Positions 19,496 through 28,936 of a DNA stretch of 64,000 bases are shown here, in pieces; position 1 is the first letter of the stretch, and every line of letters starts with the position of its first letter. Origin of the DNA: Bacilli bacterium. Its GTDB lineage: Bacteria; Bacillota_I; Bacilli_A; RFN20; CAG-826. Position numbers and translations under genes: made by a program. A model generated the notes under the pieces. That model was not told where the DNA came from. It did no database searches and saw nothing but the letters and a program-made list of their open reading frames with translations. The DNA lies in NCBI GenBank assembly GCA_045600585.1, contig JAZRYE010000011.1:10981-74980 (forward strand). Direction: 5' to 3'.

Positions 19496-22400
19496 ATGAA
19501 AAAAGGACTTAAAAGTTTATTAGTTGTTTCATCATTATTCTTAGCCTCAGGCATGATTGTTTCATGTAACAATGGCAAGAACAATGAGTCTGGAGATGTC
19601 CATAGATCTTATACAGGCAATGGCGAACCACCTGCAACATTAGGTACTGATGGAGATACATATACAGACTTAAATACAAACAACATGTATAAAAAAGAAA
19701 ATGGTGTTTGGGTACTTGTTAAAAATAACACACCTAGAAATTACAGTGGTGAAGGTGCACCTAGCGATACATTAGGTAATAATGGTGATAGATACACTGA
19801 TACTATTGATGGTGCTATTTATGAAAAACAAGATGGCCACTGGGTTGTCATTCAACAAGGTGATACAACTTACGTCGTTACATTTAACTTAAATGGTGGT
19901 CACTTCGCTAATGGAGCTACTTCTTGGCCAGATCAAATTGTTAGAGAAGGTAGATGGATTACTGCTCCAACAATGGAACCTATTAAAGAACACTGCACTT
20001 TCTTAGGCTGGTTTGCTGAAGGTAGTACAGTTGCTTGGAACTTCGTTGGTCAATCAGTATTCGGTAATGTTAATCTTGTAGCTCATTATTCAGTTAATGA
20101 AGATGACAAGATTGTTGTTACAGTTGATCCAAATAACGGACAAGCTAAATACACATACGAAACATTCGTTGGCGATTATTATTATCCAAGTGTTCCAACT
20201 AAAGATGGCTATTCATTCACTGGTTGGATTATCCAATCAACTGGTGAAAAATATAATGGTATTGTTACAGCTCAATTAGCTGGTAATACATTAGTTGCTC
20301 AATGGGAAAAGTCAAAATTCAATGTTGTCTATCAAATTGAAGCAAATGATGAAGTAACAATTACTGGTATTCTCGATATCAACTCTGTTACTTTATCAAT
20401 CCCAAGCACAATTGGTGGTAGAAGAGTTACAAAGATTTCTAAAGGTGCATTCAATAGCAGAATCTATCTTGTATCTATTTATATCCCAGATTCAGTTAAA
20501 GTCATTGAAGATGGTGCATTTAGAGGCACACGTGCATTAAAAGAAGTCAACGTCGATTCAAATAACACAAATTATACTTCTGTCGGTGGCCTTCTCTATA
20601 CAAAGGATATGCAAACATTAGTCCTTTGCCCAACAAAGGCAAAAGCTGGTGAATCATTCACATGTCCATCAACATTAAAACGTATTGGTGCTTATGCATT
20701 CTATGATTCAAAAGATGCTGGCTTAAAGAACATTTTCTTCAATGAAGGCTTAGAAGAAATTGGTTCATATGCATTCTATTTAAACGAAACAATCACTTCT
20801 GTTGATTTCCCATCAACATTAAAAGTTATTAAAGATCACGCATTCTATGGCCCTACATATAGCACTGAAGATGATGATGATTACTTCTCGCCACAAGGTG
20901 TCCTAAAGACAGTTAAATTCAACGAAGGCTTAGAAGAAATTGGTGAAGCAGCATTTGCTAACCAATACTTCGAAAACACATTCACATTACCTGCATCTGT
21001 TAAGACATTAGGTGACTATGCATTCGTTAACTGTACAGCTATTACTAAATTTATTTTCCCTGCTGGATTAGAAAATTATGGTAAAAACGTATTCGCTGGT
21101 TGTACTGGCATCTTAGATATCGGTATTGCTGCTGGTAATACTCACTTCAAAGTTCAAGACGGAGTTCTTTATAACTTCGAAATGACAAAAGCAATCATGT
21201 GCCCATCAGGAAGAAGAGATCCTGTCACAATTCCTGAAGGCGTTACTGAACTTGCTGATTACGCATTCTATATGTGTGATAACTTACTCGAATACAACTT
21301 ACCAAATACATTACAAAGAATTGGTGTTGAATGTTTCGCTCATACATATGACTTAAGAAACTTTGTCATCCCTAACTCAGTTACTGAAATGGGACATAAC
21401 GCATTCGACTTATCTGGTGTCACAAACATCACAATTGGTACTGGCTTAACAGAACTTCCTGAAGAAGCATTTATCGAAACAAAGATTAGCAATGTCAATA
21501 TCCCAGGTAACATCAAGAAGATTGGCAATGGTGCATTCTCATTATGTTATAGCTTATCAACATTAACATTAAATGAAGGTCTTGAAGAAATCGCTAAGAG
21601 TGCATTCTATAGAACAAGAATCTCTCAATTAAATATGCCAAATACATTAAAGACAATTGGCGATAATGCATTCTCTCAAGCTCCTATTTCTGATTTAGAT
21701 ATCAAGAGAGACTTTGAATCATTAGGCGTTAACGTATTCAGCGATGCGAACGGCTTAACATCTATTACAGATATTACAGTTTCTAGCGACAATACAAGAT
21801 TAGCTGCTAATAACAACCTCCTCTTATCCAAAGACAACAAGACATTATTCTTCGCTGCTAAGACAGCAGGAACAATCAATGGTAAAGATTCTTCTGGTAA
21901 AGATACATATGCAGTTACAATTCCTAACGGTGTTGAAACAATTAACGAATATGCATTCGCTTATTGCAAATCAATTACTGCTTATACATTCCCTAATACA
22001 TTAAAAACTATTGGTGATGGTGCATTCTTATATACAAAAGCTCCTAAACTTAACTTCCCATCTTCATTAAGAAGCATTGGTGATGGTGCATTCTATTATG
22101 CATACACAACAGAAGTTAGCTTTGCTGAAGGCCTTGAAACAATTGGTGAATCATCATTCGCAATGAGCGATCTTAAAGCAGTTGCATTACCTAACTCTAT
22201 TAAGAGCATTGGTGTCACATCATTCGCAAAATGTATGATGTTAAAGACAATGTCATTAGGTACAGGCATTGAAACAATTGGTGACTGTGCATTCATGGAT
22301 ACAATTCTTAACTGTGATGTTGTTATCCCAGCTTCTGCAACAACAATTGGTTATGGCTTAATTGCTTCTTCTGTTTCAACTTATGGTCAAACAGTTACAT

Positions 22401-22813
22401 CTATTCAAGTTGATGCAGCTAACCCTAACTATTGCAATTCTAGTGATGGCAAGATGTTAATGGATAAAGCTCAAACAACTGTTTATGCATTAGCGGGTTC
22501 TGCAACATCAATTACAGTTCCTGAAGGTGTTACAACAATTGCTCAATATGGTTTAGCAGCAGATAAATGTGCCGCTACATCTATCTCATTACCATCAACA
22601 TTAACAACTATCGAATATGGTGCATTTGCTGGACTTCAAAAGATTGGTGCAGTTAATATCCCAGCTTCTGTCACATATGTTGGTGAATCTGCATTCGCAT
22701 ATTGGACAAGTAGATCAGCAATTAACTTCAACTGTTCATTAGACTACGCATTAACTAACTTCCATAGATATTACTTAAGTAGTTGTAATGCTGTTGTTAC
22801 TTATCTTGGATAA
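19496..22813 (+). CDS. BspA-type leucine-rich-repeat lipoprotein with InlB B-repeats
   Basis: Lipobox IVSC; two GxGxP...GDxYxD...YxK..GxW repeats; FLGWF/FTGW repeats; many P..(L/V)..IG..AF LRR_5 units. Confidence 0.9.
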   Translation: MKKGLKSLLVVSSLFLASGMIVSCNNGKNNESGDVHRSYTGNGEPPATLGTDGDTYTDLNTNNMYKKENGVWVLVKNNTPRNYSGEGAPSDTLGNNGDRYTDTIDGAIYEKQDGHWVVIQQGDTTYVVTFNLNGGHFANGATSWPDQIVREGRWITAPTMEPIKEHCTFLGWFAEGSTVAWNFVGQSVFGNVNLVAHYSVNEDDKIVVTVDPNNGQAKYTYETFVGDYYYPSVPTKDGYSFTGWIIQSTGEKYNGIVTAQLAGNTLVAQWEKSKFNVVYQIEANDEVTITGILDINSVTLSIPSTIGGRRVTKISKGAFNSRIYLVSIYIPDSVKVIEDGAFRGTRALKEVNVDSNNTNYTSVGGLLYTKDMQTLVLCPTKAKAGESFTCPSTLKRIGAYAFYDSKDAGLKNIFFNEGLEEIGSYAFYLNETITSVDFPSTLKVIKDHAFYGPTYSTEDDDDYFSPQGVLKTVKFNEGLEEIGEAAFANQYFENTFTLPASVKTLGDYAFVNCTAITKFIFPAGLENYGKNVFAGCTGILDIGIAAGNTHFKVQDGVLYNFEMTKAIMCPSGRRDPVTIPEGVTELADYAFYMCDNLLEYNLPNTLQRIGVECFAHTYDLRNFVIPNSVTEMGHNAFDLSGVTNITIGTGLTELPEEAFIETKISNVNIPGNIKKIGNGAFSLCYSLSTLTLNEGLEEIAKSAFYRTRISQLNMPNTLKTIGDNAFSQAPISDLDIKRDFESLGVNVFSDANGLTSITDITVSSDNTRLAANNNLLLSKDNKTLFFAAKTAGTINGKDSSGKDTYAVTIPNGVETINEYAFAYCKSITAYTFPNTLKTIGDGAFLYTKAPKLNFPSSLRSIGDGAFYYAYTTEVSFAEGLETIGESSFAMSDLKAVALPNSIKSIGVTSFAKCMMLKTMSLGTGIETIGDCAFMDTILNCDVVIPASATTIGYGLIASSVSTYGQTVTSIQVDAANPNYCNSSDGKMLMDKAQTTVYALAGSATSITVPEGVTTIAQYGLAADKCAATSISLPSTLTTIEYGAFAGLQKIGAVNIPASVTYVGESAFAYWTSRSAINFNCSLDYALTNFHRYYLSSCNAVVTYLG

Positions 22814-22815
22814 TT

Positions 22816-23880
22816 ATGAAAAAAGCATTATTAACATCTATATTATTAATCGGTGGTATTACCCTCGTAGCATGCGGGGGTAAATCAACCGATAAGAATA
22901 AGGATTACTATATCGTTGATTACAAGTACAATCTTGAAAACAATAACGGAACATATATGTCTGTCATTGTTATGAAAGATGCAACAATCAAAGCTCCTAA
23001 GGAACCAGAAGTTGAAGATTATGTCTTTACTAAATGGTACTTAGATAAAGAATGTACTACTGAATATCTTAGATGGGGACTTCAACTCGATAGCGATCTC
23101 ACCTTATATGCAAAATGGGTAAAATTTGAAGATCAAACAATTGATGTCAAAATCAACAAATTCCAAGAAAAATTAGCTAATATGGGTAAAGACGCTAGCC
23201 GCGTTGTTCAAGAAACAGAAGCTATTGTTGGTTACCCAGGAGTTATTTCTGGTGAAGATGGCGTATTTGGAGTCAAAGATAGATACATCTATAAGAGATA
23301 TAACGGAATCACTGTTAAAGATTATTACCAATATAAAGAAGAAGATATTGAACCAACTTTATATGGTACTGAACAGTATTATCATGAAGGACGTTATCTT
23401 TATAAAATCTATGATGACTTTGAAGATGATCAACAAGATTCAACTGAATCATATCCATATGATGATATGTTAGAAGAATCATTTGTTAGTATCGACTTCC
23501 AAAATTTATTTAAAGAATGCGAAGATAACATTCTCTTCTATAACAACTCATCTGATTATAACGAAGATTCATTCGAATATGCATTTACTGGTAACTTTAC
23601 AAAACTCAATAGAGATTTAGTTAATTATTCTTATCAAGAAGCATATTTCGTTGCTTACTTCGCTTCGAATGCAGGTGTATGGGTCAGTAACCAATATACT
23701 TATGATATCGGTTTAAGATTCAATGATGGAATTATCATCTCTGCTAACTTAAGCTTCTCTTGGCAAATGTTCTTGGGCGATGAAATCTATCAATATGCGT
23801 TTGAAACAAGCACATATGATTTCTATTACAATGGTGGGGTATTTGAAAACTTTAATGGCGAATACCTACCTCATAATTAA
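22816..23880 (+). CDS. Lipoprotein with one InlB B-repeat and an acidic Tyr-rich domain
   Basis: Lipobox LVAC; YVFTKWY...DLTLYAKW. Confidence 0.8.
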   Translation: MKKALLTSILLIGGITLVACGGKSTDKNKDYYIVDYKYNLENNNGTYMSVIVMKDATIKAPKEPEVEDYVFTKWYLDKECTTEYLRWGLQLDSDLTLYAKWVKFEDQTIDVKINKFQEKLANMGKDASRVVQETEAIVGYPGVISGEDGVFGVKDRYIYKRYNGITVKDYYQYKEEDIEPTLYGTEQYYHEGRYLYKIYDDFEDDQQDSTESYPYDDMLEESFVSIDFQNLFKECEDNILFYNNSSDYNEDSFEYAFTGNFTKLNRDLVNYSYQEAYFVAYFASNAGVWVSNQYTYDIGLRFNDGIIISANLSFSWQMFLGDEIYQYAFETSTYDFYYNGGVFENFNGEYLPHN

Positions 23881-23906
23881 AAAGGGGATTTGAATCCTCT
23901 TTTTTT
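23881..23906 (+). terminator. Intrinsic terminator
   Basis: AAAGGGGATT/AATCCTCTTT stem followed by a T run. Confidence 0.75.
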
Positions 23907-23970
23907 ATGTTAATATATTGCATAAATATTTTATTGATTGTTCAATTTTTAAAAAGAAAGGAGTCAATCC

Positions 23971-25926
23971 ATGAAAAAGAAAAACTTTTTATTTATTACA
24001 AGTTTAACAGCTTTATTACTCCTTGCTAGCTGTGGTAAAGGTGGAACTTCTACTAATTCATCAACATCAAATGATGATACTTCTTTAACAAGCGAAGATA
24101 CATCAGATACTTCTTCTACAACAAGTAATGAAGAAACTACTTCCGAAGGCAGTAGTGAAGAAGAACAAGACGTTATTGTTAAAGGTTATTTACATGACTC
24201 TTATGACATTGTTGATGGTAATCCATTAATGAAAAAAGAAAATGAAACAGAATTTAAAGAAGTTACTGAATCATTTGTTGATAATGGAGTTAAGTATTGG
24301 AACTTTGTAAACAAAGCTACAATTAAAATTAAATTAAAAGGAACTTCTTCTAGAACTCCAACTGGTTTATTAATCGATGAAGAAGAATCATTCTTAATTA
24401 ATGAAGATGGCTATGTAACTTTTGAAATTGACACTTCTGATGAATTTATTTCTATTACAACTCAAGCAAGAGGCTTAGGAGTTGAACTTATTGCCTCAAA
24501 ATCGGCTCATTTAACCCCAAAATTCTATTTCACAGATAAAAAGACGGAAATTGATACTTGTGGCGTTGGTGAAGTTGTTTACGTCAAAGTTGAAGGCGTT
24601 ACTGAGGATATTTTTGTTAAAGATATTACTGTTAGATATTCTAACCCTGCTGCTGGCACAACAAACAAATCTATCTTAAATACATTAGATGCAGATGGAT
24701 TCTATAGTTTTATTGGTATGACTGCAGAATATGGTATGACAGTTACTGTAACTGAAATCGATAATAACAAGTTTATGGGTGAAGAATTCGTAAATACTTA
24801 TGTCGTATTAGATAGATCAGTATTCGCTCCAAACCATGCGTTTACTTCATTAAAAGAAAAAGAAATCACAATTCAAAAGAATGGTGAAATCTATTGGAGC
24901 GGTGATGAGAAAAAATGTGGTGCAGTTGAAGATAAAGGTGCTGGTACTGAATTAATCTTAGCTAATTACGGTAAAGGTTATTATGAAAAAGGTGTCTTCC
25001 TTGCTGGTAATAAAGCATTATCTCCATTAACTTCCCCATATAAAGGTGATGAACTCATCTGTGTTGGTAAAGAAAAAGAAGAAGATACTCTTGCAATGTA
25101 TAGTGTTAATGCTGAATTGATTAATATTGATGGCAACACATACATGATTAGTGAATTCTATAGATCAGAAGTCTTATATAAGACTGTTGTTCTCGATTAT
25201 CAAAATCAAACTATGTATGTTGATCCAACAATTACATATTCACATGGAACATCATTTACGGATGCTAAAGTTGTCTATGAAGTTAAAGATGGCTCTAATA
25301 GCATTTTAAAAGTTTCTTATTCTGGTGTTGGAGGAATTAGTAATAGAATTGCTTTAGCTTCACCTTGCGGAGTTTATAGTGGTGCAAAAGGAACATTATT
25401 ACTTCCAAATACAGATTCTGCTTTCCTTGATGAAAGTGAATATATGTGGTCTATTAGCGAGAATGCAGTTACATTAACTAACGCAGAAAAGAAATATGTA
25501 TTAACTATTGATCAAGAAGCAATGACATATGTTGTCACTTCTGAAGAAGATTTAACATCAAATGTTCCTTCATTTAGAGGATTAACTTTCAAAGGTAAAA
25601 TCTATAACACTTGGGATGAATATAATACAGACATCAAGATGGTATTCGCTAACTATGAAAGTGATGATCAAATCATTGGTCAATTAGTCTACGGATCATA
25701 TCCAGCACATACATTTGGATTTGTTGCAACATTTGATTGCAATACTAATGTATTAAACTGCAAAATCACAAGTGAAACATATAAAGAAGGCGCTGTTGGA
25801 AAGAGTTTCTCATTCTATTGTGAAAACGGAAAGATGACAGCAAGAACTGGCTTTAACGAAAATACTTATAACTTAATTTATAATAAACAAGGCGTAGTTC
25901 TATCTTGTTCAGATTTCGTGATGTAA
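23971..25926 (+). CDS. Lipoprotein of unknown function
   Basis: AAGGAG RBS; lipobox LASC; long S/T/D/E linker; beta-rich body. Confidence 0.8.
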   Translation: MKKKNFLFITSLTALLLLASCGKGGTSTNSSTSNDDTSLTSEDTSDTSSTTSNEETTSEGSSEEEQDVIVKGYLHDSYDIVDGNPLMKKENETEFKEVTESFVDNGVKYWNFVNKATIKIKLKGTSSRTPTGLLIDEEESFLINEDGYVTFEIDTSDEFISITTQARGLGVELIASKSAHLTPKFYFTDKKTEIDTCGVGEVVYVKVEGVTEDIFVKDITVRYSNPAAGTTNKSILNTLDADGFYSFIGMTAEYGMTVTVTEIDNNKFMGEEFVNTYVVLDRSVFAPNHAFTSLKEKEITIQKNGEIYWSGDEKKCGAVEDKGAGTELILANYGKGYYEKGVFLAGNKALSPLTSPYKGDELICVGKEKEEDTLAMYSVNAELINIDGNTYMISEFYRSEVLYKTVVLDYQNQTMYVDPTITYSHGTSFTDAKVVYEVKDGSNSILKVSYSGVGGISNRIALASPCGVYSGAKGTLLLPNTDSAFLDESEYMWSISENAVTLTNAEKKYVLTIDQEAMTYVVTSEEDLTSNVPSFRGLTFKGKIYNTWDEYNTDIKMVFANYESDDQIIGQLVYGSYPAHTFGFVATFDCNTNVLNCKITSETYKEGAVGKSFSFYCENGKMTARTGFNENTYNLIYNKQGVVLSCSDFVM

Positions 25927-25950
25927 AGATAATAACAAAAACCAAAAAAT

Positions 25951-25975
25951 GCTCACCCTTTGTGTGGGCTTTTTT
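25951..25975 (+). terminator. Intrinsic terminator
   Basis: GCTCAC-7 nt-GTGGGC then T6. Confidence 0.7.
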
Positions 25976-26048
25976 CTATATTTCTTGATTTGTTACTAAA
26001 ATTAATATAATTTAAACTATTATAATTCAAGGGAATTATTGTGAGACT

Positions 26049-27215
26049 ATGAAACATATTTTAAAGAAATTATTTGTTATTCCTTTATTAGCATTAACTT
26101 CTTGTGGTGGATCTTCTATTTCGTCAACCGATTCTACAACTAGTGAAGAAACTAAATATTATTGGAATGAAAAAGTTGACTCTGATTTAAGACAAACCAT
26201 TGGTGATTATATTTCTTATTTGCCTGTATTTACTGAATGCAAAAGCGCAGTTAGCGTGAATGATGAAAGTGAAGGCATTGAATATACATTAATTGACTGT
26301 GTTACTGAATTAAATGAAACAATGAGCAAGATGGTTTATAAAACTCTACTCGTTGATGCTGGATTCCAACTCACTAACATTGATAATGGTGCGATGGCGG
26401 CATTTAAATCCGTATCCACAGAATATTCACTCATTGCTCAATTTGGTTCTTATGAGGATCACATCAACATCATTGCTTATTTATTTAAAGACAAGTCAGA
26501 ATCTTGGCCAAGTGAATACGCAATCGAAGTATTAGGTGAAGATATCCCTCATTATGAAGCAAATTGGTATACTGGCCAAGTTGCTATTCAATCTGGTGTT
26601 AAATTATTCCAAATTGTTTGCTATGAAGTACCTGCAAATTGTATTGATGAATATTACATGACATTAAAGAATGCTGGATATATCACAAGAAGTAATGATT
26701 CTTATTACAACGCAGTTCATAATACAAAACTCATTAATCTCGATTTCTTATATGACGATGATGAACATGTCCTCGTCATTCAAGGATATAAATTAGATTC
26801 TGCTTCTGTTTGGCCTGAAGCAACAATCAAAAACAAATTTGGATTCGATTTACCTGTCTATGTCGACCCAGCAGTTACTTATCTATCTGGATATGAGAAC
26901 TTCCAAGTATTCGATGGAGGAGAAGATTATCACGTTGTTAGCTTATATACAGTTCAATGTGAATATGCACCTCGTAGCTGCTTATCTTCTTATGACGCAT
27001 CATTAAAAGAAGCAGGATGGGAAATCGATGATGACGATTTACCTGATGAATGGCCAATGTTTATCTGTTCAGAAGGCTATTTCAATCGTTATAAGATGAC
27101 GGATGAAAAAGGAGAACATAGTATTGAAGTTAGATACTATACTCCAGAAGATCCAGTTCAATCTGTATATGGCAATTTGCCATACCCAATTATGGTTATC
27201 ATTATTTATTGTTAA
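26049..27215 (+). CDS. Lipoprotein with three internal repeats (WP...G..[IL]P...Y...L..AG[FYW])
   Basis: Lipobox LTSC; repeats YKTLLVDAGF / YYMTLKNAGY / YDASLKEAGW. Confidence 0.8.
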   Translation: MKHILKKLFVIPLLALTSCGGSSISSTDSTTSEETKYYWNEKVDSDLRQTIGDYISYLPVFTECKSAVSVNDESEGIEYTLIDCVTELNETMSKMVYKTLLVDAGFQLTNIDNGAMAAFKSVSTEYSLIAQFGSYEDHINIIAYLFKDKSESWPSEYAIEVLGEDIPHYEANWYTGQVAIQSGVKLFQIVCYEVPANCIDEYYMTLKNAGYITRSNDSYYNAVHNTKLINLDFLYDDDEHVLVIQGYKLDSASVWPEATIKNKFGFDLPVYVDPAVTYLSGYENFQVFDGGEDYHVVSLYTVQCEYAPRSCLSSYDASLKEAGWEIDDDDLPDEWPMFICSEGYFNRYKMTDEKGEHSIEVRYYTPEDPVQSVYGNLPYPIMVIIIYC

Positions 27216-27235
27216 TTCCGAAGGAGGAAATGAAA

Positions 27236-28918
27236 ATGAAAACAAAAAACTTATTAGTTAGTTCACTTGCATTACTACTTACTGTTTCATTAGTCGGATG
27301 CGGTGGTAAAGGAGCAAGTTCTGCAACTACAAGTGAAGATACAGAAGGTACTTCATTTGAAAGAAAAACTGCAAAAGAAAAATTACAAGAAGCATTAGAC
27401 AAAGACTATTCTAACTGCACAGTTGATTCAGCATCTTTATACAAACAATTTGAAGATGATCTAGATAGTGATGTTATGGAATATGATTCTGAAATCTATT
27501 ACTACAAGGATTATGCAATTGTTTATAGTGAACTTATGCATATGAATGGATATGACAATCCATATCTCTATTATCACGACTATGAAGGCCAAAACCTCTT
27601 ATACTTCGAAAAAGATGATGGTGGTGATGCTTGGTTAGCTGAAAGTGATGCTGGAGTGTCTTATGCATTAAAATATACAGAATTCTATTTACCAGCATTC
27701 TTAGAAGGCATCAATGTTGACTACGCTGAATTCTACGCTGGTATGTATTACATTACAGACGTTGAAGAAGTTGCAAGACTTGAAAGAGAAGTATTCTGTG
27801 GTATTTGGGAAAATGACATTAAAGATGTTGTTATTATGTTAGATAACGAAGGCTATGTAAGTACAATCTATGGCTTTGAAGACTTAGATAATGATACAGA
27901 ATACGTTAAAATCCAAGTTGGTAAAATTGGCACTACAACATTTGATGATTCTAAATTACCAGCTGCTCCAAACGAAGATAACGTTATGGAATTCTGGCAA
28001 TATAAAGGTTGGTCAGGTCCAACAGTCAACGTCTTCCCAACTGCTATTTCAATTGATGGATTAGATGATTTTGAAGGAATGACTTCAGTCACATTAGATA
28101 TTGAAAAAACATTCCCAGTTGCATCTACATTAGTTTGGCCAGAATTAGATTCAAATAGACACAATGTTAAACATGAATTTGTCACATGGCATTCTACAAA
28201 TGAAAAAGTTGCTAAATGCGATTATGTTAAAGTTGGTGATCAATGGGTAAGAACAGTTAAAGCGGTTGCTCAAGGTGAATGCGAAATCTACGCAGTTGCT
28301 GAAGGCGTTAACCCAAATCCAAATAGATCTTATGACACATATGATCAAGGTGTTGAATCTAACCATATTAAAGTTATTGTTCCAGGATTATCTGAATTAG
28401 ATAAGACAGATGCTAAATACGATATCTATTTCTCTGATCTTGCTAACGAAGCTGATGGAACAGGCACATTAACATATGCTAACTGGGTAAGTGGTTCTGC
28501 AGTTAATGGAACAGCTTCTACATTCCACGCAAACTTATTCAACATGAATGATTTATTCTATGAAGGTGAAGATGAATTAAAAGCATTAATCTTAAACCCT
28601 AATAATATGCAAGCTGAAGCCAGCGCTACATTCCACGTTGAAGAATCTGTTTCTAAGATTTCATTCTACTACGGCATGTATTATGACCACACAGCAGGTA
28701 TCTCTCACGTTAAATCTGTTAGAGTTGAAACATCTACTGATGGTGAAAACTGGGTTGCTACAGATGCAACTGCAGAAGTTAAGAGCAACATCTCTTATAA
28801 GAACCTCAAGTTATTAACACTTAACTTAACTGCTGGTACTTATGTCAGAATCGTTGTCGAAAGCGATATGGTTGGTTCTGCCTTCGCATTCGCTACATCT
28901 AACGTAGTCTTATACTAA
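27236..28918 (+). CDS. Acidic lipoprotein with an Ig-like (Big_2-like) domain
   Basis: AGGAGG RBS 8 nt before ATG 27236; lipobox LVGC; VTWHSTNEKVA...AVAQGECEIYA. Confidence 0.8.
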   Translation: MKTKNLLVSSLALLLTVSLVGCGGKGASSATTSEDTEGTSFERKTAKEKLQEALDKDYSNCTVDSASLYKQFEDDLDSDVMEYDSEIYYYKDYAIVYSELMHMNGYDNPYLYYHDYEGQNLLYFEKDDGGDAWLAESDAGVSYALKYTEFYLPAFLEGINVDYAEFYAGMYYITDVEEVARLEREVFCGIWENDIKDVVIMLDNEGYVSTIYGFEDLDNDTEYVKIQVGKIGTTTFDDSKLPAAPNEDNVMEFWQYKGWSGPTVNVFPTAISIDGLDDFEGMTSVTLDIEKTFPVASTLVWPELDSNRHNVKHEFVTWHSTNEKVAKCDYVKVGDQWVRTVKAVAQGECEIYAVAEGVNPNPNRSYDTYDQGVESNHIKVIVPGLSELDKTDAKYDIYFSDLANEADGTGTLTYANWVSGSAVNGTASTFHANLFNMNDLFYEGEDELKALILNPNNMQAEASATFHVEESVSKISFYYGMYYDHTAGISHVKSVRVETSTDGENWVATDATAEVKSNISYKNLKLLTLNLTAGTYVRIVVESDMVGSAFAFATSNVVLY

Positions 28919-28936
28919 TTAAAGGAGGCAAATAAC

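Noticed and set aside
19496-22813. CRISPR array or DGR template/variable repeats among recurring DNA words (e.g. GAAGGCTTAGAAGAAATTGGT, GGTGATGGTGCATTCT)
   Set aside because: Repeats are in-frame LRR coding units; no cas or reverse transcriptase gene; no regular spacer pattern
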